In this document: one piece after another, positions 30,647 to 41,392 of the stretch
Layout: the number at the start of each line of letters is the position of its first letter
Numbering within the stretch: position 1 is the first letter of the stretch
Origin: a virus
Lineage: Duplodnaviria > Caudoviricetes
IMG/VR virus record: IMGVR_UViG_3300021255_002065
Location: 84,095-148,094 of that record
Reading direction: 5' to 3' (one strand)
DNA length: 64,000 nucleotides
The notes under the pieces: model-generated
The model's input: only the letters and a program-made list of their open reading frames with translations
Database searches by the model: none
Told to the model about the DNA's origin: nothing
Translations under genes and position numbers: made by a program

Positions 30647-33600
30647 ATGCAATTAAATGAGATAAAGTATGATGCGAAAAATAATGAGCCAAAACGTGAA
30701 TTTGCATTCAGTCAAGAATTCCCGAATGAGATTGAATTGGCATTAAAAGCATTTGATCGCGTCTTTAAAGAATTGACATCCATCTCCAATGGGAAGATCG
30801 AATTCTCCGAAGAATATGGTGTTGTCAATAACTTGTACAAGTTCCGTTATATTACACCATCTGATGTTGCAACTTACACTTCTAATCTAATTAAGGTATT
30901 GAAGAATCACATGATCTGTCCGCATGTGACAGATTTACAGAAGTTTTCTGTTGTATGTGCAAAGCAATACGTGGAAGACCATGGCTGTGTTCCAATTGAA
31001 CATTCTTCCATCTATGGTTTGTACAATTACACCACTGACAATATGACGCTACGAGATTTGTTGGTTCTTTGTGAAAATGACTTCTATCATACCACGGTTG
31101 TTTCTAGATTTGAAATGCAAGAACGTGTGAAAGTGATGAAGGAAGATTATAAAAAGATTGCCGACATGCATTTCAATACCAATATCATGAAGATTGTGGA
31201 TGGTTTACCGAAACTCATCACACAAACTGATTTCTTGGAATTAACTTATGTGGAACAGAAAGCAGTTCAAACATTCATTGAAGAATTCATTCTGTTTACG
31301 ATTATGCTGAATACAATCATCATGAGTAACATGATCTTCTTCTGTGTTCCAAAATCCACATATGATACAAAATTCATTGAAAAGAAAGAGCACGTGGATT
31401 CCAACACATTATTGGATGATGCCGATATGGACGATGGTGGATTGTATACGGAAGCAGTTGACACATCGAAATATAAACCTGTATACATTGTTCTGATGAG
31501 TGGAAACGGTGCCATATCAAAAGCGGTACAGAAAACCACACTCAGTTCCATATCACATGCTGGAATTTCATTTGATTCTTCCATGAATCGAATTTATTCA
31601 TTCGGCATGTTCAATAAGAATCGTACCGAAGACGCTCCACGTAAAAATGGATTCCGTATTGATTCTTTCTTTACGGAAAATCACAAAGATGTCACCATGA
31701 GTGTATATGCCGGATACATGTCAAATGAAAATTATAACAAAATGAAATCTTTTGTGGAAGATAATTATGTCGGTGATAAAAAGACGGATTATTCATTGGG
31801 AACAATCTGGAAGCAGTTGTGGCATTCTGACAAAGAATCTCGAAAACCGAAAGACATGGCATTTGTATGTTCCACATTTGTCGATCGTGTATTAAAAGAA
31901 GCTGGCGTAAATGTTACTGGAAAGCACCTACCATCCCCACAAGACTTCGACAGAAGTATGGCAAATGACATGGTGCATTTCGAACGTGTGTTCAATGGAA
32001 AACCCGAACACTTCGATGAACAAGATATGCTGGATCGTGTGAAGAACTTTGCAAAATATAAGAAAACCAGCAACGCAGATGCTGTGGTAACAGAAGCTGT
32101 CGATACATCGAAAACAAAACCGATTTATGTGGTATTGACAGAGGGTGTGGAATTTGTATCCGACCAAGTAAAACGTCACACGCGTTCTCGTTATTCCCAT
32201 TCCGGTTTGTCATTTGATGATTCCTTGCATCATGTTTATTCATTTGGCTTAATGAATCCCGTGAATAAAGACACAATTGTTCGAAATGGTTTCCGTATGG
32301 ATGATATGTTCTCCGACCATCACAAGGGTATTCGATTCACTGTCTTTGTTGCATTTGTTTCCAATGATAAATGGAATACGATGAAGAAATATGCAGACCA
32401 TGTGAAAAATAGTCCTAAGTCTAAATACTCACTTGGTATTATTTGGAGACAATTGTGGAATGATGAAAAACCACATAAGAGTGATACCGCACCTGATCAT
32501 GAACTAAAAGAAGTTTGTTCCACCTTTGTCAATAGTATTCTGAAATCTGCGGATATTGATTTGACGAAAAAGGTACTTCCAGCACCTGCTGATTTTGAAG
32601 CAAACATGCTTGTGAGAATGAATCAATTCAGTCAAGTGTTCTCTGGCACATCTGATCAATTCAAGATGGATGAATTCCGTTCTCGTGTAAAAGACTTTGC
32701 AAAACGTGAAGAAACCAAGAAACTTGCAAAAGGTGATGTCATTACAGAATGCTGCTTATTAAAGACCAATCGTTCTCGTCACTTCAACAAGATTCCTTTT
32801 GATATCAATATGAGAAATATTGTATTGCAAGATATGCATCCAAAGTTCAAAGATACGGTTGCAGCAATTGAATATATTACAAAAGACACACGTTCCCCAT
32901 TTGCACAACTCATTTATCGTTATGGCAGTCCTTCCAAGGTATTAGATGGAATGGATGGTATGATGATTTGTCGTATGTTTATCAACGATCCATGTGCAAG
33001 ATGCGGATGTTATGATGAATATGAAAATCAATTACATCAAGCCGACTTCCATACGGATGTATGTTGGTTAGATCGTATTGCGTTTGGTAACAATTTCCAA
33101 GATGGTAATTACAGAACCGATGCATTAGGATTGGAACATCGTCATCCGATTAAACAAACATTGGAAACGTTGTATCACATGTTCAGTGAAACAAGACTGA
33201 AAACGAAAGAAGAATTGTGTAATCACATTCTCAAGATTGCACATGTGATGAAAGGCATCATTGACTGTTATGGAAGTAACGGATTATACAATTGGGAACT
33301 GGTACGTGATATCTTGACTGTATTGGGTGAAATCATGACAAGAAGCATGATCAAACTATATGACAGACATATGGCTTTGGTTGTATCTGATAACATGGAT
33401 GATGTGGATGCTCCTGGATATATGTATACAGAAGCATTTGTATTGGAAGCAGATGAACATGAACCAAAGGTTGTGGAAACTGGTAATGACGGAAAACCAA
33501 CTGGCGGTGGTGGAAATGGTCAAGTGACATCTGCACAAGCTGAACAAAAGAAAAGCTGGTGCAAACGGATGCTTGATGAATTCACCAAATGGGTACAAGG

Positions 33601-34606
33601 TACCTTGACGAAAGTTGCTGAAAAATTCAAAGGTAATTATAAAGCACAAGTGGGTTATGTTGCTGCAAATAAGACAATGAATGAACAGATCAAAACAGAT
33701 TTGGGAAATGGTTCATTCAAACCAAAAGTTGAAGATTGGCCGAAGTATAATATTCCCATCAAAGAGATTGGACAGAAGAAATTATCCGAGGTCATCAAAC
33801 CTTGGTTGGATGGTACGGCAAAAGAACCGCTTACAGCACTTAGTGTGAAGAAAGCATTCTATCCAGAAGCAGTTGCAGCTGTTATTACAGAATCTTATGT
33901 ATTGGAATCTGGTCAAACAACACAAATTCAAGCACCACAAGGACAACCCGCAAATGTTGGAAAGGCAGCACTTGCGGCAAAAAATGTGAAAGCAAATTTA
34001 AATGCAGCATTACAATCCAAAATAGATGCTCCAAAGAAGTTTGAACCAGACAGCGAAAATGGTAAGAAATTACAAAATTTCTTCTTGTTTGGTAAACCGG
34101 ATGCATCCAATGCTAACTATTCCAATGAATTAACTCCGGAATTATGGCAAGATACCATTAATAATATTCTGAATTGCGACAAAGCAGTTTCCGTTGGTAT
34201 CAAAGAAATTACTGCTGATATCAAATCCACAAGTGATGAATTGAAATCGAAATTGGCTGCCTTAAAAGAAGCAAATGCAAACGCCGGTGAAGCACAAGGT
34301 GATGCTGCAAATGCAAATAACACGGGTAATGCAGATATTACTCGCTTGGAAGATCTGATTAAAATTGTTACCGAAATTTCAAATGAATATAGTATTGGAT
34401 TTGCTCACAGTATGCAAGATGCATTCTTTGTGACTTCTTACAAATTATATTCCGATATTATCAAAAAATACAAAGATGCTTCTGGTAGCTTCGAGCAGCA
34501 ACAACCAAATGCCAATGCACAACCGGCACAAAAACCAGCATCTGCAAACGCAGCACCAGCAGCTCCTGCTCAGCCGGCCGCAAATGCACAAGCTCAACCC
34601 GCATAA
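30647..34606 (+). CDS. Multidomain virion protein with two permuted NlpC/P60 (YiiX/YebB-like) papain-fold domains
   Basis: Start MQLNE after AAAGGAG. Tandem ~215-aa repeats with His (SHAGISFD, SHSGLSFD) before Cys (FVCSTFV, EVCSTFV). Putative protease sites LYTE|A, VVTE|A, VITE|C, FVLE|A. Confidence 0.75.
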   Translation: MQLNEIKYDAKNNEPKREFAFSQEFPNEIELALKAFDRVFKELTSISNGKIEFSEEYGVVNNLYKFRYITPSDVATYTSNLIKVLKNHMICPHVTDLQKFSVVCAKQYVEDHGCVPIEHSSIYGLYNYTTDNMTLRDLLVLCENDFYHTTVVSRFEMQERVKVMKEDYKKIADMHFNTNIMKIVDGLPKLITQTDFLELTYVEQKAVQTFIEEFILFTIMLNTIIMSNMIFFCVPKSTYDTKFIEKKEHVDSNTLLDDADMDDGGLYTEAVDTSKYKPVYIVLMSGNGAISKAVQKTTLSSISHAGISFDSSMNRIYSFGMFNKNRTEDAPRKNGFRIDSFFTENHKDVTMSVYAGYMSNENYNKMKSFVEDNYVGDKKTDYSLGTIWKQLWHSDKESRKPKDMAFVCSTFVDRVLKEAGVNVTGKHLPSPQDFDRSMANDMVHFERVFNGKPEHFDEQDMLDRVKNFAKYKKTSNADAVVTEAVDTSKTKPIYVVLTEGVEFVSDQVKRHTRSRYSHSGLSFDDSLHHVYSFGLMNPVNKDTIVRNGFRMDDMFSDHHKGIRFTVFVAFVSNDKWNTMKKYADHVKNSPKSKYSLGIIWRQLWNDEKPHKSDTAPDHELKEVCSTFVNSILKSADIDLTKKVLPAPADFEANMLVRMNQFSQVFSGTSDQFKMDEFRSRVKDFAKREETKKLAKGDVITECCLLKTNRSRHFNKIPFDINMRNIVLQDMHPKFKDTVAAIEYITKDTRSPFAQLIYRYGSPSKVLDGMDGMMICRMFINDPCARCGCYDEYENQLHQADFHTDVCWLDRIAFGNNFQDGNYRTDALGLEHRHPIKQTLETLYHMFSETRLKTKEELCNHILKIAHVMKGIIDCYGSNGLYNWELVRDILTVLGEIMTRSMIKLYDRHMALVVSDNMDDVDAPGYMYTEAFVLEADEHEPKVVETGNDGKPTGGGGNGQVTSAQAEQKKSWCKRMLDEFTKWVQGTLTKVAEKFKGNYKAQVGYVAANKTMNEQIKTDLGNGSFKPKVEDWPKYNIPIKEIGQKKLSEVIKPWLDGTAKEPLTALSVKKAFYPEAVAAVITESYVLESGQTTQIQAPQGQPANVGKAALAAKNVKANLNAALQSKIDAPKKFEPDSENGKKLQNFFLFGKPDASNANYSNELTPELWQDTINNILNCDKAVSVGIKEITADIKSTSDELKSKLAALKEANANAGEAQGDAANANNTGNADITRLEDLIKIVTEISNEYSIGFAHSMQDAFFVTSYKLYSDIIKKYKDASGSFEQQQPNANAQPAQKPASANAAPAAPAQPAANAQAQPA

Positions 34607-34627
34607 TGAATGAAAGGAGAATTCTCC

Positions 34628-36820
34628 ATGTTGAAATATCAAAAGGAGATTGTCAACATTCCCGAATTTAATCAACATGCAAAACAGAAAGTAGAAGAAA
34701 TCATATCCGGTTCGCCGGATATGATTACTGCTTTGGAATGCGTTGGTGCCATGTATGGTATTCCACCCACACATTTCACTGTTGAGCCAGAGATTAAAAC
34801 ATTACGAATTGTTGATGATCATGTTATGACACCACCAGATGTTCGTCCGAATACAAAAGCAATCGTATGTAGTATTGGTGGTGTATTAGATCATATCTCA
34901 CAGAGAGTCAATGATAAATTAGACGAATGCCATGATGCAGAAACGAATGAAGGAAGATTACATCCTCATGTTTCTCAAAATGCAAATCCCAATAAAGGAG
35001 AAGTCATCGAACGTCATGTAGATGCAAATGGTGACGAAATTCTCGTATATGATTCTGGATTGATGGATCTTCCCAATACAAAAGAAGGACATCTAAAAGC
35101 AGATGAATTACGTGAAAAGAATAAAATACCAGAATTCAAACAAGATGAATTTAATAAGAAAAAGGATGATTACTTCAAAAAAGAAGATGCGATTGAATTA
35201 GAATTCATGGCAAATATTGATTTGGATTTGGCATGTGATAATGAACCACGTCCAACTGATATGGCAAAACTCATTCAAGAAAATGCATTTCATTTGGATT
35301 TGATTTCCCATTATCATGATACGGATTATCTTGGTTATGAACTGTTACAAGAACAGGGATTTGATTATGTAAAACCAACAGAATCCTTTGCTTTGGAAGC
35401 GGGTGTGGAAAATGAGAAACCCAAGGTCAATCCAGAAGATATCAAACATATGAAGTTTGACAATACCCATATTACAAATGCAATCAAGTGTTTCAATATG
35501 GCACGTGACGAACAAGCCGACAAAGAAAAAGGTATGTTTGATTTGGATCGATTCACATCTTCTCAACATTACAAGCGTGGCATCAATGAATTGGAGAAAC
35601 AGTTTGATTGTAAACTCAGTGTGCATTTCAAAGATAATGTAAAAGAAGCAGATAAAACCAATCTGTTCACATTAGTATTCGATCACCAGCATTCTGATAA
35701 GATTTATGTATCCAAATCCAAAGGTTTCCAATTAAATGGATTACCCATCACAATTGTTTGTGTAAATAATGCAATCGACGAAGAGATGACAAAGAATGCA
35801 GATAAGGATCTATTTGGTCAATTCATGTGTGCTTCCTTGTGTCATGAGATATTCCATAATGTTGTAAATGCCATCAGATGTAAAACGAACATGTTTATTT
35901 ATACATCTACAAGTGCAATGGCAATGGCTTTAAATACAACAGATGCTGGTACACGTCGAGAGATCTTTTCTAAGTTTGCAGATACCGTTGTAATCCAAGG
36001 CAAGAATCTGAATGATATGGAAAAGAAGAAACTAATCAAAAAGCTTTGTTACATTTCTGCATTGTCTGATAACCAACAGGAATTGACGAAGATCCAGAAT
36101 GCATTGGATCATTCTAATTCCATCAGTGATGCAGATCAACAAGTGGATGCATTGATTGCTCGATATGAAAAAGCAATTGCACAATATCAGAAGAAGATTC
36201 CACATGCTACCAAGAAAGGGAATAAATACATCAATAATCCAAGTGGTTATAAAATCTTAAATAAGATTGCAACTGGATTAAGTTGTTCCATCATCGGTGC
36301 TCCGATTGGATTACCGATGTTAAAGCTATTACCAAACAGAAGTGATGCGGCATTGGCACAAGCATATGCGGATTATCTGAATCATACCAACAAAGAAGAA
36401 TACTATTGTGACATGTTTGCTGGCATGTATAATCTTCCATTATCATTCACCTATGGCTATACCAAACGTGACTTTGCAGCAAATGATATTTCCGATGATC
36501 GTTTGAAGTATTTACAAGATTTGGAAAAGCAACTCCGTCAGTTTACCTTATCACCATATCCGACAAATAGTGAGCGGAACTATGCAGCTTACCAAATTGC
36601 AAAAACCATTCTGAGTGGAAAAGAAAAGATTTCACCCGAGGTAAAACGGTATTGTGAATGGATTGTCAATAACTATTCCAAGATTAGCAGTGCAAATGTG
36701 GAAAATAATTATAACAAGACAACATTTGATCCAAAAGAAGCGCATGACTTAGATGAACATGTACAGAATTTAATTCTGAATAATAGCATTCCTGTGACGG
36801 AATCATATCGAATGAATTGA
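34628..36820 (+). CDS. Virion protein with a zincin-like metallopeptidase motif
   Basis: LCHEIFHN (HExxH) and downstream EEYYCDMFAGMY (E..AD.FA-like third-ligand motif); FALE|A site. Confidence 0.65.
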   Translation: MLKYQKEIVNIPEFNQHAKQKVEEIISGSPDMITALECVGAMYGIPPTHFTVEPEIKTLRIVDDHVMTPPDVRPNTKAIVCSIGGVLDHISQRVNDKLDECHDAETNEGRLHPHVSQNANPNKGEVIERHVDANGDEILVYDSGLMDLPNTKEGHLKADELREKNKIPEFKQDEFNKKKDDYFKKEDAIELEFMANIDLDLACDNEPRPTDMAKLIQENAFHLDLISHYHDTDYLGYELLQEQGFDYVKPTESFALEAGVENEKPKVNPEDIKHMKFDNTHITNAIKCFNMARDEQADKEKGMFDLDRFTSSQHYKRGINELEKQFDCKLSVHFKDNVKEADKTNLFTLVFDHQHSDKIYVSKSKGFQLNGLPITIVCVNNAIDEEMTKNADKDLFGQFMCASLCHEIFHNVVNAIRCKTNMFIYTSTSAMAMALNTTDAGTRREIFSKFADTVVIQGKNLNDMEKKKLIKKLCYISALSDNQQELTKIQNALDHSNSISDADQQVDALIARYEKAIAQYQKKIPHATKKGNKYINNPSGYKILNKIATGLSCSIIGAPIGLPMLKLLPNRSDAALAQAYADYLNHTNKEEYYCDMFAGMYNLPLSFTYGYTKRDFAANDISDDRLKYLQDLEKQLRQFTLSPYPTNSERNYAAYQIAKTILSGKEKISPEVKRYCEWIVNNYSKISSANVENNYNKTTFDPKEAHDLDEHVQNLILNNSIPVTESYRMN

Positions 36821-36830
36821 GGTGACAAAT

Positions 36831-38528
36831 ATGACATTGAATGATTATATTCTCGATCAAGTAATGGAAGCAAAAGAAAATGAGTTGGAAACAACACAAA
36901 AGGTGTTAGAATATCTTGTGACAGAAAGTATGAAAGAATGGGAATATCTTGATCACTGTATTACCTATCACAAAGATCCAACACTCGTTCAAGAGTCATT
37001 TTTAAAGAAAATACACACAGGTGTGAAAGATACTGCGGGAGGCATCCGCAGTATCATCACAAGACTTCGTGCATTGACTCGTCGAAATCTTGTGGTATTG
37101 AAAACATTGTTTTCACATGTAAAAGATGTTACAGAAGGATTCAGGGGTAAATTCCGCAAGAGTGGTGCTAAGAAAAGCGCGTCTCAAATTGCACATGAAA
37201 ATCTTCGTAAGAAATTGGATCCTGAGAAGAAGATGGCAGAATCACAAGCACGTGTAAAAGTACCATATGAAGGAGACATCAAACAAGATGAGATTGAATT
37301 AATTAATTCCGCAATCTTAATTAAAGAATTTGATGATGATAACAATTTCGAAGTGGATTTGATGGGTGTAAACTATGTGAAGAATGATCGTGGTAAAGTA
37401 AGAGCTGTTTCTGATAAAGGAGAAGGAGTTCCTTCATTGGCATCTCTATTCGTTTATACAAACTCCATGATTTACTTCATCAAACATCCAAATGAAATGG
37501 AAACATTATGTGAATTGATTACTCTGGGATTCAAGATCACAAATGGTGAACAAGAAATTGCACCAGCAGAATATGCCAAGAAAGTTAATAAATTGACCAG
37601 TGCTGCATTCAATAAAGCAAATGGTATTGCTGCTGGTGGTACAAGATTAACCATGAAAGAACTAACGACATTCCAATCCAAATTGAACAATTTGGAAGAA
37701 CAATTGGACTTTGCGCAAAATGGTAATAACAAATTGAATGATGTGGATACAAGTGTCATTCAAGCTTTGAATAATTTGGTTCACATTACAGAACATTTTC
37801 AGTTTGGATTGTCTTCCTTATCAAATGCAATGCAAAAAGTACATCTGATTGATTTGAAATACATGAACTCTATCACTGACAGAAATGTGTTGTCAAAGTT
37901 TGTATATGATTGCATTCAGAATGGTATTCCACCCAAGTATATCGCATACAATACATGGTTAATCGCAAATGAAAGCATTCGTGGAAGTGCATCCAGATAC
38001 AAACCCGTCGGTGGTCAAACACGTTGTGTATTCTTCCCGAATGACAATAAAAAGGAAATTCTTAAAATTGCCACATCTGGTATTGGTATCACATCTAATA
38101 AGAATGAAATTCGTTTCTCAGAATTCTTAAAACGTTCCAAGGAACAAGAGATGATTGATATTTCCGCACTTGTTACAAATACTTATGCCGAAGATGCCAT
38201 ATTGGCAATGGAACGTGTTGTCGATAGAGTTGGAAAACATCCTGACTTACAGATTCTGAATGACATGAAATCAAAATATAAAGCATTTACTGATCGACAT
38301 CCTGAATTGAGATTGGTTGTTTCCGACTTTAATGATGGCAATGTCATGTGGTCGAGTGATAAAGATCGATGGATCTGTATCGACTATGGTCTTGGTAAAC
38401 GTAATACGCAGAAACAAGAAGTTGTTGACAAGAAGGCAAATAAAGCCATCAAGCAATATCATAAACAGAACGAAACAAATGATGATGGAGGAGAACCAAA
38501 GTCATTGAAAAATGTTGCAGAAGAATAA
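36831..38528 (+). CDS. Leader-bearing protein with a C-terminal protein kinase-like domain (kinase 1)
   Basis: VGGQTRCVF (Gly loop), ILKIA (Lys), NKNE (alphaC Glu), MERV, SDFNDGNVMW (catalytic loop), CIDYG (DFG-like); LVQE|S site. Confidence 0.8.
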   Translation: MTLNDYILDQVMEAKENELETTQKVLEYLVTESMKEWEYLDHCITYHKDPTLVQESFLKKIHTGVKDTAGGIRSIITRLRALTRRNLVVLKTLFSHVKDVTEGFRGKFRKSGAKKSASQIAHENLRKKLDPEKKMAESQARVKVPYEGDIKQDEIELINSAILIKEFDDDNNFEVDLMGVNYVKNDRGKVRAVSDKGEGVPSLASLFVYTNSMIYFIKHPNEMETLCELITLGFKITNGEQEIAPAEYAKKVNKLTSAAFNKANGIAAGGTRLTMKELTTFQSKLNNLEEQLDFAQNGNNKLNDVDTSVIQALNNLVHITEHFQFGLSSLSNAMQKVHLIDLKYMNSITDRNVLSKFVYDCIQNGIPPKYIAYNTWLIANESIRGSASRYKPVGGQTRCVFFPNDNKKEILKIATSGIGITSNKNEIRFSEFLKRSKEQEMIDISALVTNTYAEDAILAMERVVDRVGKHPDLQILNDMKSKYKAFTDRHPELRLVVSDFNDGNVMWSSDKDRWICIDYGLGKRNTQKQEVVDKKANKAIKQYHKQNETNDDGGEPKSLKNVAEE

Positions 38529-38539
38529 GAGGTGATACT

Positions 38540-40153
38540 ATGGAAGAATTAGAATATTTCTGGGAGTGTATGGTGGAATCCAAACAGAATGTGTTTGATG
38601 CAATCGTTGCAGAAAATGAAAAGGAACATATGTTGGTGGAACAATATCTGATGAAACAAGCAGAAGGTAGAATCACATTGGAAAGTTCTGATATGGGAAT
38701 TCGTCTATGGCAATTACTTAAGAAAACGAGTAAAGCCACAAGTGGTATTGCCGATCATGCAGTCAACTTGTTAAAGGGTATTTTCCATGTAAAAAATGGA
38801 AGTAAAAAACCAACAAAAACTCCAAATGCAATTGCACAACAAGTTGTACCAAGTTCCAAACTTCCAAAAGCACAACAGGAAGTGGAGAAGAATTTGAAAA
38901 CTCCATTCAAAGGAAAAGAGAATGTGGTATTAAGTGCAACTCCTATTTTTATTAAGGAAATTACACAAGATGAAGGGTTATACATCGGATTATTCGGTGT
39001 TAACTATATCAAGAACGAAAAGGGACAGTTGGAACATGTTTCCAACTCCCATGGTATCAAGGGATTGGAAGACAATACCATCATCTACAAGAACATGGTG
39101 TATTATATCAAACATCCAGAAGCATTTGAAAATCTTGCAAGGATTGTGGAACAAGCCGGTGATTTGGTAGATGGTGGAAATGTTGACCAAGCAAAGCTTC
39201 GTGAAGCCATCAAAAAGACGGTTGCGAAGAGCCATGCTCCCGGTCGTGAATTCAATGCTGGTGGTACGAAATTAACCATGAAGGAATTGACAACATTCGC
39301 TGCTAAAGTGAATCAGTTAACAAATGCAATGGACAAATTCCAGAATGGTAATAATCACTTGAATGGATTTGATTCTGAAACAATTACGGCAATGAACCAA
39401 TTGGTTCGTGAATTGGAAACTTGTCAACATGGTATCAATGGTTTGGCAAATGAGGTTGGTAAGCTGTACATGATCAAAGCACAATATGTGAACTCTATCA
39501 CGGATAAAAATGACTTGGCAAAGTTTGTGGAAATGTGTATTGATGCTGGTGTACCACCAAAGTTTGTTGCATACAATACATGGCTGATTGCAAATGAAGA
39601 AATCCGTGGTGATAAAGTAGACTTTAATAAAGTGCCAATGGGACAAACCAGAATGGTGCTCTTCCCGAAGGATAAAAAGATCATCACCAAGATTGCGTTT
39701 AGTGGTCGTGGATTAACTTCTAACAAGAACGAAGTAAGAATGAGTGAATTTATCCAGCGGAGTAAAGAAGAGGATATGATCAAGATTGCTGCTCCGATTG
39801 TTGGAAAATATGGTAAAGACTGTGCAGTTATTGATATGGAACGTGTTGTCGATAAAGTTGGGAAACACCCCAATCCAAAAATGTTAAATCAGGTAAAGGG
39901 GCAGTTCATAGACTTTGTACAACGTCATCCTGAATTGAGATTGGTGGTTACCGACTTTAATGATGGAAATATCATGTGGTCGAGCGATCGTGATTGTTGG
40001 GTATGTATTGACTATGGCTGTGGTCAACGTGATAACATTTCTGAAGAGAAACTGCAACAACGTGCTGAGAAGAAACAAGCGGCATACAAAACTCGCACTG
40101 GTAAAGATAAAATATTAGATGTTACGGTAGGTGATGATAATGACAACGATTGA
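38540..40153 (+). CDS. Paralogous leader-bearing protein kinase (kinase 2)
   Basis: MGQTRMVL, ITKIA, NKNE, MERV, TDFNDGNIMW, CIDYG; similar to 36831-38528 along its full length; ITLE|S site. Confidence 0.8.
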   Translation: MEELEYFWECMVESKQNVFDAIVAENEKEHMLVEQYLMKQAEGRITLESSDMGIRLWQLLKKTSKATSGIADHAVNLLKGIFHVKNGSKKPTKTPNAIAQQVVPSSKLPKAQQEVEKNLKTPFKGKENVVLSATPIFIKEITQDEGLYIGLFGVNYIKNEKGQLEHVSNSHGIKGLEDNTIIYKNMVYYIKHPEAFENLARIVEQAGDLVDGGNVDQAKLREAIKKTVAKSHAPGREFNAGGTKLTMKELTTFAAKVNQLTNAMDKFQNGNNHLNGFDSETITAMNQLVRELETCQHGINGLANEVGKLYMIKAQYVNSITDKNDLAKFVEMCIDAGVPPKFVAYNTWLIANEEIRGDKVDFNKVPMGQTRMVLFPKDKKIITKIAFSGRGLTSNKNEVRMSEFIQRSKEEDMIKIAAPIVGKYGKDCAVIDMERVVDKVGKHPNPKMLNQVKGQFIDFVQRHPELRLVVTDFNDGNIMWSSDRDCWVCIDYGCGQRDNISEEKLQQRAEKKQAAYKTRTGKDKILDVTVGDDNDND

Positions 40154-41378
40154 TGAAATTGTACAAGAACAAGAGATGTCCACAGTTATTGCATTATTGG
40201 AATATTATCAAAAACAACTGGACTTATCCGATTATGAAACGGACGTGTATGTGGAGCACGTCCGTAATATTGGTATGACAACTCCTTCCGAAAAAGCCAG
40301 AGAAGAACAGGAGAAAGAAGAAGTAACAAATACTTCAAACAAGAAAGAATCTGTTGATGATAAACAAAGTCTTGGTACTAAAATCAAATCGGGAATTTCC
40401 AAATTGATCAATATGATTATCAATGGATTTAAAAAGATTATTTCAAAGATAATGTCGATTGGAAAATCGGAAACAAAAGTCACAGATATGATTGTGAACA
40501 ATCCAGACGCTTGTAAAGAAGCTGGCGATAAATTACAACAGATAGCAAAGTCAAAGGTGACGCAGGAAGCCGCAACATTAACAGACGTTATCGCTCATAA
40601 TAGATTTAAAGATCTCAATAAATTAAGCCCTGCTGAAAAAGCCGATCTCGTCCGTTATTATGATAAACAGCAAGCTGCCAAGAAAGCAGCAGAAGATGCA
40701 GCAAAAGATGCAGCTGAGCGAAAAGAAGCGATATCTGATGCAGTGAATTCAATAAAGAAATTTGTTCCATTTGGTTTATTAAGAAATATTGGTATTGGTG
40801 CAGTGATTGCATTATGTGCAACTTTATTCATTCTGCTTTATAAAAGGAAAACCAATTATCAATTACCAAGTGTAACAGATATTGGTCGTTCTTGTGTAGA
40901 GCTGAATTCACAATTACAAAAGTCCATGAATGGAAATGGACTCAAAAATGTCACAATCAATCCAAAAACAAAGGACTACATGACACGTGTTGCAAACTGG
41001 AATAAGAGATATACTAAGAATGAACCAGAATTTGAATCAAAGCATTCCGAATTCGAATTGACCAGAGAACAAGAAAAAATATTTGTTGATGCAGTTTATC
41101 TTGCAGCATCTGCAAAGAATGATCGATTCATCGGTGTGCTACAAGATTCTATTGGGTTATTAAAACAATTCAATGCTGTCATTAAAAAGAGTAATGGGAT
41201 TGTGGTAAACCATTTGGTTGATGTTTCCAAACAATATGCAAATTTCATCATTGGAATTAATAAAGCAATCACAGTAGGTTCTGATCTAATCAAAAATATG
41301 GGATTATCCTTACAACAAATTCGAGGATACCAAAATCAGAAAGAACGTGATTACAAACCTTCGAAAGCAATTATTTAA
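40140..41378 (+). CDS. Virion head protein, leader-bearing paralog family
   Basis: Leader EMSTVIALLEYYQKQLDLSDY, helix KIKSGISKLINMIINGFKKII, hydrophobic IGIGAVIALCATLFILLY. Confidence 0.65.
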   Translation: MTTIDEIVQEQEMSTVIALLEYYQKQLDLSDYETDVYVEHVRNIGMTTPSEKAREEQEKEEVTNTSNKKESVDDKQSLGTKIKSGISKLINMIINGFKKIISKIMSIGKSETKVTDMIVNNPDACKEAGDKLQQIAKSKVTQEAATLTDVIAHNRFKDLNKLSPAEKADLVRYYDKQQAAKKAAEDAAKDAAERKEAISDAVNSIKKFVPFGLLRNIGIGAVIALCATLFILLYKRKTNYQLPSVTDIGRSCVELNSQLQKSMNGNGLKNVTINPKTKDYMTRVANWNKRYTKNEPEFESKHSEFELTREQEKIFVDAVYLAASAKNDRFIGVLQDSIGLLKQFNAVIKKSNGIVVNHLVDVSKQYANFIIGINKAITVGSDLIKNMGLSLQQIRGYQNQKERDYKPSKAII

Positions 41379-41392
41379 GGAAGTGATAATCA

